Of a stretch of 32,000 nucleotides of DNA, positions 1 through 10,822 are shown piece by piece. Numbering within the stretch: the stretch's first letter is position 1; each line of letters begins with the position of its first letter. The stretch spans positions 1,488,029 through 1,520,028 of the forward strand of contig NC_015913.1 in NCBI RefSeq assembly GCF_000270205.1. The letters run 5' to 3'. Both the position numbers and the translations under genes were made by a program. Source of the DNA: Candidatus Arthromitus sp. SFB-mouse-Japan (GTDB lineage: Bacteria; Bacillota; Clostridia; Clostridiales; Clostridiaceae). The notes beneath the pieces are model-generated. The model was given only the letters and a program-made list of their open reading frames with translations, did not search any database and was not told the DNA's origin.

Positions 1-332
1 AATATATTTTCAAGACCGAATACAACATCATCCATAACTATAGTTGAAACAATCTGATTATCCGGATTCTGAAAAACTATAGATACTTTTTTCCTAATAT
101 CTAAAATATTCTTTCTATCCTTAACACTAAGCGAATCAACATATATATCTCCATACTTTAACTCATAAATACCATTGATTAATTTAGACAATGTTGATTT
201 TCCTGAACCATTTCCACCCATAATACATACAAATTCTCCCTTTTTTATATTAATATTTACATCCCTCAATATAAAATCATTTAACTCATCATATTTAAAT
301 GAAACATTCTTAATACTTATACAATTATCCAT
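1..332 (-). CDS. ecfA: ECF transporter ATP-binding protein, N-terminal ~110 aa (3' end runs off the window)
   Basis: Own translation from ATG at 332: MDNCISIKNVSFKYDELNDFILRDVNINIKKGEFVCIMGGNGSGKSTLSKLINGIYELKYGDIYVDSLSVKDRKNILDIRKKVSIVFQNPDNQIVSTIVMDDVVFGLENI. It has a Walker A motif (GGNGSGKST) and an FQNPDNQ Q-loop typical of EcfA/CbiO. Position right after rplQ is the usual Firmicute arrangement. Confidence 0.8.
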   Translation of the reverse strand, partial: MDNCISIKNVSFKYDELNDFILRDVNINIKKGEFVCIMGGNGSGKSTLSKLINGIYELKYGDIYVDSLSVKDRKNILDIRKKVSIVFQNPDNQIVSTIVMDDVVFGLENI

Positions 333-361
333 AAAAACACCTTTTCCAAATTGATATGTAA

Positions 362-370
362 ATTATAACA
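362..370 (-). promoter_or_regulatory. Possible extended -10 (TGtTATAAT) upstream of ecfA; no convincing -35
   Basis: The minus strand reads ttTGTTATAATttacat about 30 nt upstream of the ecfA ATG. The -35 position falls in the T-run of the rplQ terminator. AT-rich DNA produces such matches by chance. Confidence 0.3.
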
Positions 371-380
371 AAATTCCCAT

Positions 381-419
381 AAAAAAAAAGAGAAATTAAG
401 ACATTATTCCTAATTCCTC
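381..419 (-). terminator. Rho-independent terminator after rplQ (end of the alpha operon)
   Basis: The minus strand reads GAGGAATTA-ggaataatgtc-TAATTTCTC (9 bp stem with one G-U) followed by TTTTTTTTT. It starts 12 nt after the rplQ stop. Confidence 0.7.
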
Positions 420-430
420 AATAAAAGATA

Positions 431-772
431 TTATACAAACTCCAAGATAACCATTTCTGATCCATCACCTTTTCTTGATCCAAGTTTTATTATTCTAGTA
501 TACCCACCATTTCTCTCCTGATACTTAGGTGCAACATCTGAAAATAAACTAGCAACAACTTTCTGCTCTTTAACAAAAGAAAGAACCTGTCTTTTTGCAT
601 GCAGATCTCCTCTTTTAGCAAGAGTTATCATTTTTTCAGCTAAACTCTGAGTTTCCTTAGCTCTAGTAAGTGTAGTAGTTATCTTACCGTGCTTCAGAAA
701 ACTAGTAACTAAATTTTTTATCATTGCAATCCTTTGATCTGTTGACCTCCCTAATTTTCTTTGCCAAGCCAT
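431..772 (-). CDS. rplQ: 50S ribosomal protein L17
   Basis: The 113 aa ORF begins [22 protein letters not shown], an L17 signature. SD AGGAGGTG lies 5 nt upstream, and the gene follows rpoA. Confidence 0.97.
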   Translation of the reverse strand: MAWQRKLGRSTDQRIAMIKNLVTSFLKHGKITTTLTRAKETQSLAEKMITLAKRGDLHAKRQVLSFVKEQKVVASLFSDVAPKYQERNGGYTRIIKLGSRKGDGSEMVILEFV

Positions 773-786
773 CTTAACACCTCCTA

Positions 787-1731
787 TTATTCATCACTTT
801 GTTTTAAACTTAATCCCAAATCCTTAAGTTTCTTTTCAACTTCTTCTAAAGATTTCTTGCCTAAATTTCTAACTTTCATCATATCTTCTAAAGATTTTTG
901 TGCAAGTTCTTGTACTGTATTTATACCTGCCCTCTTTAAACAGTTATAACTCCTAACAGAAAAATCTAACTCTTCAATAGTCATCTCAAGTACTTTCTCT
1001 TTTTTATCTTCTTCTTTTTGTACCATTACAACAACTTCATTTGCCTCTTTAGTTAAACCTAAAAATAATTTAAAATGTTCAATTAATATTTTAGCCGAAT
1101 AACTTATTGCCTCATCTACTTTTATAGAACCATTAGTCCATACTTCTATAGTTAATTTATCATAATCAGTAACTTGCCCCACTCTAGTATTCTCAACAGT
1201 AAAATTAACCCTCTTCACTGGAGTATAAATAGAATCAATCGGTATATATCCAATATTCCCATCTATTTTATTCTTATTTTGGGGGACATACCCTCTTCCT
1301 CTATTAACAGTTATCTCCATATTTAAATGCCCATCATCTTCAAGTGTTGCTATATGTAAATCTTTATTTATAATTTCAATTCCTTCTTCTTCAATTATAT
1401 CTGCAGCAGTAACTTCCTTGCTTCCCTTAATATCTAAATGTAATACTTTACTTCCTTCTTCTTCCATCCTTAAAGCAAGTTGCTTAATATTCAAAATAAT
1501 TTCTGTTACATCTTCTTTTATACCCTTAATTGTAGAAAATTCATGTAATACTTCGTTAATTTTTATAGAAGTAGTAGCTACACCAGGTAGTGATGATAGC
1601 AAAATTCTTCTTAATGAATTGCCAAGAGTTGTTCCATACCCTCTTTCAAGAGGATCTATAACATATTTCCCATATGTCCCTTGTTCATTAGATTCTATAC
1701 ATTCAATCTTAGGTGTTTCAATATCAAACAT
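787..1731 (-). CDS. rpoA: DNA-directed RNA polymerase subunit alpha
   Basis: The 314 aa ORF has an N-terminal dimerisation/assembly domain and a C-terminal domain ([22 protein letters not shown] helix-hairpin-helix). SD is GGGAGGGG. Confidence 0.98.
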   Translation of the reverse strand: MFDIETPKIECIESNEQGTYGKYVIDPLERGYGTTLGNSLRRILLSSLPGVATTSIKINEVLHEFSTIKGIKEDVTEIILNIKQLALRMEEEGSKVLHLDIKGSKEVTAADIIEEEGIEIINKDLHIATLEDDGHLNMEITVNRGRGYVPQNKNKIDGNIGYIPIDSIYTPVKRVNFTVENTRVGQVTDYDKLTIEVWTNGSIKVDEAISYSAKILIEHFKLFLGLTKEANEVVVMVQKEEDKKEKVLEMTIEELDFSVRSYNCLKRAGINTVQELAQKSLEDMMKVRNLGKKSLEEVEKKLKDLGLSLKQSDE

Positions 1732-1784
1732 ATATAATAAACCCCTCCCTTAATATATATTTTTAAGGGCATCTGATTCAAAAA

Positions 1785-2411
1785 TTATTTGCTATAAAAC
1801 TCTACTATTAAAGTTTCATTAAATGGCACATTTAAATCATCTTTAGATGGTAATGACATAACTTTACCCTTATATTTATCTTCCTCTACACTAATCCATT
1901 GCGGAATTACTTTCCTATTTTCAATTAGTATCTTAAATTTTTCACTTGATCTACTTCTATCTAATAATTCAATAACATCATTTATTTTAACAACATATGA
2001 TGGTATATTAACCTTTTTACCATTCACTAAAAAATGACCATGAGATACTAATTGACGTGCTTCTCTTCTAGAATTAGCGAATCCTAATTTAAAAACTACA
2101 TTATCTAATCTCATCTCAAGTAAACTAATTAAATTTTCGCCAGTAATACCAGGTTTTTTATCTGCTCTATTATATATAATTCTAAATTGCTTTTCTAGCA
2201 AACCATATATTTTTTTAGTTTTCTGTTTTTCTCTTAATTGAAGTGCATAGTTGGATAATTTTTTTCTATTCTTACCATGTTGACCTGGAGCTCCAGCACT
2301 TTGTCTCTTAACAACAGAACACTTAGATGAATAACATCTATCTCCCTTTAAAAATAATTTTATACCTTCTCTTCTACACAATTTACATTGTGGGCCGTTG
2401 TATTTAGCCAT
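1785..2411 (-). CDS. rpsD: 30S ribosomal protein S4 (Cys4 zinc-type N-terminus)
   Basis: The 208 aa ORF begins [31 protein letters not shown] and carries an S4 RNA-binding domain. Confidence 0.97.
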   Translation of the reverse strand: MAKYNGPQCKLCRREGIKLFLKGDRCYSSKCSVVKRQSAGAPGQHGKNRKKLSNYALQLREKQKTKKIYGLLEKQFRIIYNRADKKPGITGENLISLLEMRLDNVVFKLGFANSRREARQLVSHGHFLVNGKKVNIPSYVVKINDVIELLDRSRSSEKFKILIENRKVIPQWISVEEDKYKGKVMSLPSKDDLNVPFNETLIVEFYSK

Positions 2412-2425
2412 TTCACACCTCCAAA

Positions 2426-2824
2426 TTACACCCTTCTTCTTTTTGGCGGTCTACACCCGTTATGAGGAATAGGTGTCACATCCTTTATTAAAGTTATTTC
2501 TAATCCAGCTGCTTGCAAAGATCTTATAGCTGCTTCTCTTCCTGATCCAGGTCCTTTAACATATACTTCTACACTCTTAAGTCCATGTTCCATAGCAGTA
2601 ACAGCTGCAGTTTCAGCTGCCATTTGTGCAGCATAAGGTGTACTCTTTCTAGACCCTTTAAATCCTAATGAACCAGCGCTAGACCAAGATAAAGTATTAC
2701 CATTGACATCAGTTAAAGTAACAATTGAATTATTAAAAGTTGATTTTATATGTGCAGATCCCCTATCTATATTTTTCCTATCTTTCTTACGCCTATTAAC
2801 TTTTTTAGATTTTTGCATTGCCAT
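2426..2824 (-). CDS. rpsK: 30S ribosomal protein S11
   Basis: The 132 aa ORF contains [15 protein letters not shown]...[14 protein letters not shown], typical of S11. Confidence 0.97.
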   Translation of the reverse strand: MAMQKSKKVNRRKKDRKNIDRGSAHIKSTFNNSIVTLTDVNGNTLSWSSAGSLGFKGSRKSTPYAAQMAAETAAVTAMEHGLKSVEVYVKGPGSGREAAIRSLQAAGLEITLIKDVTPIPHNGCRPPKRRRV

Positions 2825-2841
2825 TTAGCTAACTTACCTCC

Positions 2842-3210
2842 CTACTTCTTTTTATTCGCTATAGTTTTTCTTGGCCCTTTAATAGTTCTTGCATTTGTTT
2901 TGGTTCTTTGACCTCTTAAAGGCAACCTTTTTCTATGTCTTATCCCTCTATAACATCCTATCTCTATCAATCTTTTTATATTCAATACTATATCTCTTCT
3001 TAAATCTCCTTCTACTCTAAGGTTTTTATTAATAAAATCTCTTATTAAATTCACCTGTTCTTCAGTTAAATCTTTAACTCTTATATTAGGATTTATATCT
3101 GTTTCCTTTAAAATCCTTTTAGATGTAGATAATCCTATACCATAAATATAAGTTAAACTCACTTCAACTCTCTTATCCTTAGGTATATCTACCCCAGAAA
3201 TTCTAGCCAT
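2842..3210 (-). CDS. rpsM: 30S ribosomal protein S13
   Basis: The 122 aa ORF begins [26 protein letters not shown], an S13 signature. Confidence 0.97.
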   Translation of the reverse strand: MARISGVDIPKDKRVEVSLTYIYGIGLSTSKRILKETDINPNIRVKDLTEEQVNLIRDFINKNLRVEGDLRRDIVLNIKRLIEIGCYRGIRHRKRLPLRGQRTKTNARTIKGPRKTIANKKK

Positions 3211-3230
3211 TTTAAATATCCACCTCCATC

Positions 3231-3344
3231 TTATCCTTGTTTTTGTTTATGTTTTGGCGTTTCACAAATTACCATAATCCGTCCTTTTCTTTTTATAATC
3301 CTACATTTTTCACATATAGGCTTTACAGATGCTCTTATCTTCAT
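3231..3344 (-). CDS. rpmJ: 50S ribosomal protein L36 (zinc-binding C3H form)
   Basis: Not in the ORF track. Own translation gives [37 protein letters not shown] (37 aa), with SD GGAGG upstream. It sits between infA and rpsM as expected. Confidence 0.95.
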   Translation of the reverse strand: MKIRASVKPICEKCRIIKRKGRIMVICETPKHKQKQG

Positions 3345-3364
3345 AAATTATCCTCCAACAAACT

Positions 3365-3583
3365 TTACTTAGCTCTCCAAATTATCCTACCACGGGTTAA
3401 GTCGTAAGGCGACATTTCTATTTTAACTTTATCTCCAGGAATTATCCTTATAAAATTCATTCTTAATTTACCTGAAATATGTGCAAGAATTATATGTCCA
3501 CTCTCAAGTTCAACTTGAAACATTGCGTTTGGTAACGACTCTTTAACAATTCCTTGCATTTCTATAATATCATCTTTAGCCAT
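3365..3583 (-). CDS. infA: Translation initiation factor IF-1
   Basis: The 72 aa ORF begins [30 protein letters not shown], an S1-like OB fold typical of IF-1. Confidence 0.97.
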   Translation of the reverse strand: MAKDDIIEMQGIVKESLPNAMFQVELESGHIILAHISGKLRMNFIRIIPGDKVKIEMSPYDLTRGRIIWRAK

Positions 3584-3621
3584 TCACTTTAACCCTCCCT
3601 AAATAATATTTTACATTTTGC

Positions 3622-4365
3622 TTATAGTGTTATAATTTCCGGATCACCGTCAGTTATAATAACAGTATTTTCATAATGTGCAGATAAACTATTATCTATT
3701 GTCACAACTGTCCAGTTATCATCAAGTATTTTAACATGTTCCTTACCTAAATTAACCATAGGCTCAATTGCAATAGCCATACCCCTCTTGATATGAAATC
3801 CCGTTCCTTTTTTCCCAAAATTCGGAATTTCAGGGGCTTCATGTAAACTCCTACCAATACCATGGCCCGTAAAATCCTTTACTATAGAATAACCTTTATT
3901 TTCAACATATTCTTGAATAAAGCTAGATATATCACCAATAAAATATCCTTCCCTCGCATATTTAAGAGACTTGAAAAAACTATCACAAGTAGTTTCTATA
4001 AGATTTTTAGCCTCACTTGATACATTACCGATAGCAAAAGTCCTAGCTGCATCAGCATGAAATCCATAAATATTGGCTCCGCAATCAACACTAACTATAT
4101 CTCCCTCTTTAATAATTCTATCAGAAGGTATACCATGTATAACTTGATTATTTATTGATACACATAATGTTGATGGAAAACCATAATATCCCTTAAATGA
4201 TGGTTTGGCTTTGGATCTTATTATATAATCTTCTGCTTTACTATCTAAATAATTAGTTGTTACACCTTCCTTTATAATTGATTCCACAATTTTCAAAGTA
4301 TCACCAACTATTTTACCAGCCTTTTTCATTAAAGAAATTTCTTCATCGTTCTTAATATAAATCAT
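3622..4365 (-). CDS. map: Methionine aminopeptidase type I
   Basis: The 247 aa ORF contains metal-ligand motifs (VSVDCGA, HGIGRSLHE, AIEPM). Its start overlaps the adk 3' end by 14 nt, and its SD GGAG lies inside adk. Confidence 0.95.
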   Translation of the reverse strand: MIYIKNDEEISLMKKAGKIVGDTLKIVESIIKEGVTTNYLDSKAEDYIIRSKAKPSFKGYYGFPSTLCVSINNQVIHGIPSDRIIKEGDIVSVDCGANIYGFHADAARTFAIGNVSSEAKNLIETTCDSFFKSLKYAREGYFIGDISSFIQEYVENKGYSIVKDFTGHGIGRSLHEAPEIPNFGKKGTGFHIKRGMAIAIEPMVNLGKEHVKILDDNWTVVTIDNSLSAHYENTVIITDGDPEIITL

Positions 4366-5011
4366 AATATTCTCCTATTACCTTTTTTACCTGACTAAAA
4401 ATTTCATTAATTCCATACGAAGCATCTATTTCATACAAAACATCTAAATTCCTAAAATAATCTACTACTCTAGAGGTTATTCTATAATATATTTCAAGTC
4501 TTTCCTTAAGTATATTAACCTTATCATCCGATCTTATTATTAACCGATTTCCACAAATATCACATTTCCCATAAATCTTAGGTAAATCATTTTGTAAATT
4601 ATAAATATTTCCGCAGTTTATACAAGTTAATCTATTAGAAATCCTATTTAATATGTATTCATTACTAGTACTTAAATAAATCACTAAATATTTCTCATTT
4701 TTATTCAAAATATTATTAATATAAAATTCTGCTTGAGATACTGTTCTAGGATAACCGTCTAATAAATATGATTGATCTAAAATCTTATCAGATTTCAATT
4801 GACTGACTATACTATTAACTAAATCATCTGATACAAATTTCCCACAATCTATACCATAATTTGAAATTCTTTTTCCTATCTCACTATCATCTGAAATATA
4901 TTTCCTAAGTATATCACCTGTTGAGATATGTTTAAGATTATATTTACTACAAATAAGATTTGCTTGTGTTCCCTTTCCAACACCTGGCGGTCCAATTAGT
5001 AATATTCTCAT
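4352..5011 (-). CDS. adk: Adenylate kinase (Cys4 zinc lid)
   Basis: MRILLIGPPGVGKGTQ is the P-loop, and the lid carries CINCG...CDICG. I moved the start from 5023 to ATG 5011, because the ORF-track start is a GTG inside the SD AGGTGA. Confidence 0.95.
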   Translation of the reverse strand: MRILLIGPPGVGKGTQANLICSKYNLKHISTGDILRKYISDDSEIGKRISNYGIDCGKFVSDDLVNSIVSQLKSDKILDQSYLLDGYPRTVSQAEFYINNILNKNEKYLVIYLSTSNEYILNRISNRLTCINCGNIYNLQNDLPKIYGKCDICGNRLIIRSDDKVNILKERLEIYYRITSRVVDYFRNLDVLYEIDASYGINEIFSQVKKVIGEYYDLY

Positions 5012-5028
5012 AATATATATCACCTAAT

Positions 5029-6303
5029 CTACTTTAAAAACCCTTGATAATGTCTTAAGATAAGTTGTGATTCAATTTGTCTCATTGTATCAACAGAAGT
5101 ACTTATTAAAATCAATAACATAGTACCTCCAAATTGCAATCCCTTAAATGGTGTAAACAAATCTATAAATATTGGAAACAGCGCTAACATAGCACCAAAT
5201 ATTCCCCCAATAATAGAAATCTTATCTAATATATTTTCTATATATTTAGCCGTAGACTCACCTGGTCTTATTCCTGGAATAAACCCAGCAGATTTATTCA
5301 TGTTTTCCGCCATTTCATCTGGTTTATATGTAACTTGGGTATAAAACCAGGTAAAAAAGATTATCAATAATGCAAATAATATTGTATATAAAGCAGAATT
5401 AATCCTAAATGGACTGTAGCTTCCATTAACTAAAATTCTATTTATCCATGAATCTGGAGAAAAAAATGTACCAATAGTTGCTGGAAATTGTAATACAGAT
5501 GTAGCAAAAATAATTGCTATCACCGCAGATCCAGTTATACTAAACGGTATGTGAGCTTTATTATTCTTATTACTGCCTGATAATTGCTTTCCTGCATATT
5601 GAACAGTTATTCTTCTTTCAGCTAATGTCATATATATAGTCCAAATTAATAGACCAATAGCAACTAATATAAAAATTATACTTTCTATAAAACCAACTTC
5701 TCCAGATTTATTCAATGCACCAATCTGTAAAAACATATTCGGAAATCTAGAAACTATATTTACAAATATAAACAAGGAGACACCATTACCTATACCATGT
5801 AAACTAACTTGATCACCTATCCATACTAAAAATACAGATGCAGCAACCAATGTAAATACTACAAATATCATAGAAAATATAGAATTATTAGTAATTGCTC
5901 CTGCATTTAATATTAAAAAATACGATCCATATGCTTGAATAAATGACAGAACTATAGATAAGTATCTAGTTATATTTTGAAGTTTCTTTCTTCCTTCCTC
6001 TCCCTCCTTTGATAGCTGCTCAAATTTGGGGATAGACATAGACAATAATTGAACTATTATAGAAGAATTTATATATGGAACAACTCCTAGTGCAAATATA
6101 CTAAATCTTTCTAAAGCTCCTCCAGATATCAAATCATAGAATCCAAATAAACCAGTTGATGTTAATTGTTTTAAACTTTCAGTATTAACACCTGGAACAG
6201 GTATAAAATTCCCCAATCTAAATACTATAACAATAAACAACGTAAAAAATATTCTTTTTCTAAGATCCTTAACTTTAAAAGCATTACCTAAAATTTTAAA
6301 CAT
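5029..6303 (-). CDS. secY: Preprotein translocase subunit SecY
   Basis: The 424 aa polytopic membrane protein sits in the canonical position between rplO and adk. Confidence 0.97.
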   Translation of the reverse strand: MFKILGNAFKVKDLRKRIFFTLFIVIVFRLGNFIPVPGVNTESLKQLTSTGLFGFYDLISGGALERFSIFALGVVPYINSSIIVQLLSMSIPKFEQLSKEGEEGRKKLQNITRYLSIVLSFIQAYGSYFLILNAGAITNNSIFSMIFVVFTLVAASVFLVWIGDQVSLHGIGNGVSLFIFVNIVSRFPNMFLQIGALNKSGEVGFIESIIFILVAIGLLIWTIYMTLAERRITVQYAGKQLSGSNKNNKAHIPFSITGSAVIAIIFATSVLQFPATIGTFFSPDSWINRILVNGSYSPFRINSALYTILFALLIIFFTWFYTQVTYKPDEMAENMNKSAGFIPGIRPGESTAKYIENILDKISIIGGIFGAMLALFPIFIDLFTPFKGLQFGGTMLLILISTSVDTMRQIESQLILRHYQGFLK

Positions 6304-6308
6304 TTAAC

Positions 6309-6749
6309 CTAAATCACCTCTACTTTTCCACCAGCAGCCTCAATTTTCTCAATAGCCGACTGTGAAAATTTAGAAACTCTAACAGTTAAACTCCTCTCCA
6401 AATTTCCTTTTGCTAATATTTTAACACCATCTCTTATCCTATTTATTATTCCCATGTCTAATAGCACATCTTCAGTAACTTCTGAACCATTTTCAAATAT
6501 ATTTAATCTATCTAAATTTAAAATAGCATATTCCTTTTTAAATATATTAGTAAACCCTCTTTTAGGAACTCGCCTATATAATGGCATTTGACCACCTTCA
6601 AATCCTACTCTTACTCCTCCACCACTTCTAGACTTTTGTCCCTTTTCACCTTTTCCTGAATTCCTACCTAACCCTGATCCAGTACCTCTTCCTAATCTTT
6701 TACAATTTTTTCTACTTCCAGGAGCCGGTTTTAATTCATGTAATTTCAT
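6309..6749 (-). CDS. rplO: 50S ribosomal protein L15
   Basis: The 146 aa ORF begins [28 protein letters not shown], an L15 signature. Confidence 0.97.
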   Translation of the reverse strand: MKLHELKPAPGSRKNCKRLGRGTGSGLGRNSGKGEKGQKSRSGGGVRVGFEGGQMPLYRRVPKRGFTNIFKKEYAILNLDRLNIFENGSEVTEDVLLDMGIINRIRDGVKILAKGNLERSLTVRVSKFSQSAIEKIEAAGGKVEVI

Positions 6750-6761
6750 TCTTAACCCCCC

Positions 6762-6941
6762 TTAAACTTCTATAATATTTAATAAAAACTTGACCTTATT
6801 TACCATACCAAGTATCTGGGGAGTTCCATTATGTTCCACTTGATCCCCAATTTTTTTTAATCCCAAAGCATATACTGTATCTCTTTGCTCTTTATTTCTA
6901 CCTATTAGGCTCCGTGTTAAACAAATTTTGATTTTATTCAT
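6762..6941 (-). CDS. rpmD: 50S ribosomal protein L30
   Basis: Not in the ORF track. Own translation gives [59 protein letters not shown] (59 aa). It sits between rpsE and rplO. Confidence 0.93.
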   Translation of the reverse strand: MNKIKICLTRSLIGRNKEQRDTVYALGLKKIGDQVEHNGTPQILGMVNKVKFLLNIIEV

Positions 6942-6954
6942 TTATATACCCTAC

Positions 6955-7452
6955 CTAACCTATTATTTCTATAACTTTCTTATCTCTAAGTTCTGCAATT
7001 TTTTCTAATGTCCTCAAAGATAATAATGCATTAAATGTAGCATTAACAACATTTTTAGGATTATTTGAACCCAAAGATTTAGCTGTAATATTTTTTACTC
7101 CAACTAATTCTAAAACGCTTCTAACTGGACCACCTGCTATAATTCCTGTACCTTTCCTTGCTGGCATTATTAAAACCTTAGACTTTCCAAATACCCCAAC
7201 AGTTTCATGTGGTATAGTTTCTTTAATTATTGGTACATAAATCATATTTTTCTTAGCATCTTCTATACCTTTTCTTATAGCGTCAGGAACTTCTGCAGAT
7301 TTACCTGTTCCAACACCTATAAATCCTTTTCCATCTCCTACAACTACTAAAGCACTAAATCTAAAATTCCTACCACCTTTAACAACTTTAGTAACCCTAT
7401 TTATGAAAATTACTTTTTCTTTTAATTCTGAGCTATTATTTTTAATTTTCAT
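6955..7452 (-). CDS. rpsE: 30S ribosomal protein S5
   Basis: The ORF contains [21 protein letters not shown], an S5 signature. I moved the start to ATG 7452, because the ORF-track TTG at 7464 directly abuts the SD GGGAGG. Confidence 0.95.
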   Translation of the reverse strand: MKIKNNSSELKEKVIFINRVTKVVKGGRNFRFSALVVVGDGKGFIGVGTGKSAEVPDAIRKGIEDAKKNMIYVPIIKETIPHETVGVFGKSKVLIMPARKGTGIIAGGPVRSVLELVGVKNITAKSLGSNNPKNVVNATFNALLSLRTLEKIAELRDKKVIEIIG

Positions 7453-7473
7453 TGTTAAAACCAACCTCCCTTA

Positions 7474-7830
7474 TTAAAATTGTAATCCAGCCTCTCTTGC
7501 TCCCTCAGCTAACTCAGAAATTCTTCCATGATATAAATAACCATTTCTATCAAAAACAACGTTAGTTATAGACTTTTCTAGTGCTTTCTTGGCTATATTC
7601 CTACCTATAATTCTAGCTGCCTCCTTATTACTACCAATACCATTAAAATTTTTATCCAATGTAGATGCAGCAACTAATATATTCCCACTAACATCATCAA
7701 TTAATTGTGCATATATATTTTTTGAACTCCTAAAAACACATAATCTTGGTATATTCAATGTACCATTAAGTTTCTTTCTTATTCTAAAATGTCTTCTTTT
7801 TCTCTTAGCAGTTTTATTGTATTTACTCAT
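7474..7830 (-). CDS. rplR: 50S ribosomal protein L18
   Basis: The 118 aa ORF contains [18 protein letters not shown]...[11 protein letters not shown], an L18 signature. Confidence 0.97.
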   Translation of the reverse strand: MSKYNKTAKRKRRHFRIRKKLNGTLNIPRLCVFRSSKNIYAQLIDDVSGNILVAASTLDKNFNGIGSNKEAARIIGRNIAKKALEKSITNVVFDRNGYLYHGRISELAEGAREAGLQF

Positions 7831-7858
7831 TACTATCTCCTTTCTTCAATTATCTAAT

Positions 7859-8401
7859 TTATTTTTTACCTGTCTTCCCTTCTTTTCTCCTTATAATTTC
7901 ATCAGAATATTTAATCCCTTTTCCTTTATAAGGTTCAGGTTTTCTCCATTGTCTAATTTTAGCTGCTACTTCCCCAACTAACTGTTTATCAATACCACTA
8001 ACAATTATTTGAGTTTGATTTGGTACCTCAAAAATAATTCCATCTACACTGTTAATTTCCACAGGATGAGAATAACCTAAATTCATGACTATATTCTTCC
8101 CCTTTAGTTGAGCTCTATATCCAACACCGTTAAGTTCTAAAGTCTTACTATATCCCTCAGATACACCTTTAACCATATTAAAAATCAAAGCCCTAGTTAA
8201 ACCATGTAATTGTTTTTGTTTTTTTGTCTCATTTTTTCTTTCAACAAATATCTGACTTTCTTCCTGTCTTATAATTATATCGCTAGACATTTGTTTCTCT
8301 AATTTACCTTTTTTACCTTGTACTGTAATAAAATTATTTGAATCTATATTAACCAAAGTGCCTTCAGGCAAAATAATAGGTAATCTACCCACTCTAGACA
8401 T
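7859..8401 (-). CDS. rplF: 50S ribosomal protein L6
   Basis: The 180 aa ORF begins MSRVGRLPI and contains GYSHPVE, consistent with L6. Confidence 0.97.
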   Translation of the reverse strand: MSRVGRLPIILPEGTLVNIDSNNFITVQGKKGKLEKQMSSDIIIRQEESQIFVERKNETKKQKQLHGLTRALIFNMVKGVSEGYSKTLELNGVGYRAQLKGKNIVMNLGYSHPVEINSVDGIIFEVPNQTQIIVSGIDKQLVGEVAAKIRQWRKPEPYKGKGIKYSDEIIRRKEGKTGKK

Positions 8402-8425
8402 TTGTACACCTCCTATTATAATTTT

Positions 8426-8824
8426 TTACCAAACATAACAGATAACTTCTCCACCTAATCCTTGTTTTCTAGCCTCACGATCAACCATCATGCCTTTAGA
8501 TGTTGAAATTATAGCTACCCCTAATCCACTTAATACTCTTGGTATATTATCTTTTTTGCAATAAACTCTTAAACCAGGTCTTGAAATTCTCTTTAAACCC
8601 ACTATTACCTTTTCTCTGTTTTTTCCATATTTTAAAGATATTTTACACATTGGAACTACTCCATCATCATAATCTTCATACGACTTTATATATCCTTCAT
8701 TCAATAAAATCTTCAAAATTTCTTTTTTTACCTTAGACATAGGAACTTCTAAAGTTTCATGCCTTGCCATATTAGCATTTCTTATCCTAGTCAATAAATC
8801 TGCGATTGGATCTGTCATTACCAT
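8426..8824 (-). CDS. rpsH: 30S ribosomal protein S8
   Basis: The 132 aa ORF begins [17 protein letters not shown], an S8 signature. SD GGGAGG lies 10 nt upstream of the first ATG. Confidence 0.96.
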   Translation of the reverse strand: MVMTDPIADLLTRIRNANMARHETLEVPMSKVKKEILKILLNEGYIKSYEDYDDGVVPMCKISLKYGKNREKVIVGLKRISRPGLRVYCKKDNIPRVLSGLGVAIISTSKGMMVDREARKQGLGGEVICYVW

Positions 8825-8848
8825 TTATACCTTACCTCCCTTCTAAAA

Positions 8849-9034
8849 TTACCAACTTGATTTTGTACATCCAGGAATTTGCCCCTTATAAGCCAATTCT
8901 CTAAAGCAAATTCTACAAATACCAAATTTCCTTAACACCGCATGTGGTCTACCACATAAACTACACCTAGTATAAACTCTTGTTTTATATTTAGCCATTT
9001 TCTTCCATTTCTCAATCATTGCTTTACGTGCCAC
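8849..9034 (-). CDS. rpsZ: 30S ribosomal protein S14 type Z (zinc-binding, 61 aa)
   Basis: GTG start with SD AGGAGGT. The short form carries CSLCGR...CRICFRE. Confidence 0.96.
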   Translation of the reverse strand: MARKAMIEKWKKMAKYKTRVYTRCSLCGRPHAVLRKFGICRICFRELAYKGQIPGCTKSSW

Positions 9035-9057
9035 AATTTTACCTCCTTTTAATAAAA

Positions 9058-9597
9058 TTAACTCATAAATGGCATTCCTAGATATCTCAATAATTCTCTA
9101 GCCTCTTCATCAGTTTTTGCAGTTGTTACAAATATTACTTCAATACCCCTAATTTTATCTATTTTATCATATTCAATTTCCGGGAATATCAAATGTTCCT
9201 TTAGTCCTAAAGTATAATTCCCTCTCCCATCAAAACTTTTTTCAGATACACCTCTAAAATCTCTAACTCTAGGTAAAGCTACATTAAATAATTTATCTAT
9301 AAAATCATACATTCTACTTTTTCTTAAAGTTACTTTGCACCCAATAGGCATATTTTCCCTAAGTTTAAAATTAGATATGGACTTCTTAGCTCTACATATA
9401 ATTGGTTTTTGACCAGATATTAATTGCATATCATTAACAACTGATTCTAATACCTTTGAATTATCCTTAGCCTCTCCAACTCCCATATTAATAACAACTT
9501 TTTCTATTTTAGGAACCTGCATCAAATTACTATATTTAAATTTTTCTACCAATTTACTTGTAACTTCGTTAATATATTTTTCTTTAAGTCTTGACAA
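9058..9597 (-). CDS. rplE: 50S ribosomal protein L5
   Basis: I moved the start to TTG 9597, giving (M)SRLKEKY, the usual L5 N-terminus. SD GGGGGG lies 9 nt upstream. The ORF-track start at 9636 would overlap the rplX 3' end. Confidence 0.93.
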   Translation of the reverse strand: MSRLKEKYINEVTSKLVEKFKYSNLMQVPKIEKVVINMGVGEAKDNSKVLESVVNDMQLISGQKPIICRAKKSISNFKLRENMPIGCKVTLRKSRMYDFIDKLFNVALPRVRDFRGVSEKSFDGRGNYTLGLKEHLIFPEIEYDKIDKIRGIEVIFVTTAKTDEEARELLRYLGMPFMS

Positions 9598-9617
9598 AAT
9601 TACAAACCCCCCTTTAA

Positions 9618-9926
9618 TCAAATTGTTCGTTCGCAATGTCTACAAACTCTTACTTTTGTACCATTATCAATAAATTTTTGTTTTAATCTTGTAGATTTTT
9701 TACAATTATTACAATATAACATAACCTTAGATACATTTATTGGAGCTTCAACTTTTGTTATACCCCCTTGCATATTTTGTCTGTTAGGCTTTATATGTTT
9801 AGTTACTATATTTATACCACTTACAATAAGCGTATTCTTATTAGGATTTACTTTAAGAACTTCACCTATTTTATCTTTATCCTTACCTGAAATAATGTAA
9901 ACCGTATCATTTTTTCTGACATGCAT
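9618..9926 (-). CDS. rplX: 50S ribosomal protein L24 (KOW domain plus C-terminal CxxC...CxxC)
   Basis: The 102 aa ORF begins [23 protein letters not shown] (KOW domain). The C-terminus reads CNNC-x19-CRHC. Confidence 0.96.
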   Translation of the reverse strand: MHVRKNDTVYIISGKDKDKIGEVLKVNPNKNTLIVSGINIVTKHIKPNRQNMQGGITKVEAPINVSKVMLYCNNCKKSTRLKQKFIDNGTKVRVCRHCERTI

Positions 9927-9941
9927 TCTATCACCTCTAAT

Positions 9942-10310
9942 CTATAAAACTTCTGGAGCTAATGAAAGTATTTTCATACACTCTTTATCTCTTAATTCTC
10001 TAGCAACAGGTCCAAAAATTCTGGTTCCTCTAGGCTGACCATCTTCTTTCAAAATTACAACAGCATTATCATCAAATCTAATAAAAGAACCATCTGAACG
10101 AACAACACCTTTAACAGTTCTAACTATTATAGCCTTAACAACATCACCTTTTTTAACAACACCACCTGGTGATGCATTTTTTACGCTAGCAACTATAATA
10201 TCTCCTATATTCCCACTTTTCCTGCGTGATCCCCCTAATACTCTTATACACATCACTTCCTTAGCACCTGTGTTATCAGCAACTTTTAATCTAGTTAATT
10301 CCTGTATCAT
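9942..10310 (-). CDS. rplN: 50S ribosomal protein L14
   Basis: The 122 aa ORF begins [18 protein letters not shown], an L14 signature. Confidence 0.98.
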   Translation of the reverse strand: MIQELTRLKVADNTGAKEVMCIRVLGGSRRKSGNIGDIIVASVKNASPGGVVKKGDVVKAIIVRTVKGVVRSDGSFIRFDDNAVVILKEDGQPRGTRIFGPVARELRDKECMKILSLAPEVL

Positions 10311-10330
10311 CTTATATTCTCCCCCCTTAA

Positions 10331-10585
10331 TTATTTAGCTCTTTCTAATACTTCTACCAACCTCCATCTTTTATCTTTTGATAGTGGTCTTGTTTCCATA
10401 ATTAATACTCTATCATTAATCTTAGCTTCATTATTCTCATCGTGAGCCTTAAATTTATTAGTAACTTTAAGAACCTTACCATACAACGTATGCTTCTTCT
10501 TACCCTCTACCGCAACAACTATAGTTTTTTGCATCTTATCTGATACTACTACACCAGTTTTAACTTTTCTTGAATTTCTTTCCAC
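10331..10585 (-). CDS. rpsQ: 30S ribosomal protein S17
   Basis: The 84 aa ORF has a GTG start and [25 protein letters not shown] is typical of S17. Confidence 0.96.
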   Translation of the reverse strand: MERNSRKVKTGVVVSDKMQKTIVVAVEGKKKHTLYGKVLKVTNKFKAHDENNEAKINDRVLIMETRPLSKDKRWRLVEVLERAK

Positions 10586-10607
10586 TTACTTACCCTCCTT
10601 TACAAAA

Positions 10608-10817
10608 TTATTTTAACTGCATTATTTCATGTTCTCTTATAGCTGTTTTAATCTGAGCAATTGATCTCTTAACTTCTCTAATTCTCATAGGATTAGATAG
10701 TTGACCAACAGCCAATTGAAAACGCAAATTAAAAAGTTCCGATTTTAATTCAATTAATTTAACATTCATTTCAGTAATATCCAATGACCTTAATTCTCTA
10801 AGTTCACTTATCTTCAT
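10608..10817 (-). CDS. rpmC: 50S ribosomal protein L29
   Basis: The 69 aa ORF contains [14 protein letters not shown], an L29 signature. Confidence 0.96.
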   Translation of the reverse strand: MKISELRELRSLDITEMNVKLIELKSELFNLRFQLAVGQLSNPMRIREVKRSIAQIKTAIREHEIMQLK

Positions 10818-10822
10818 TTGTC

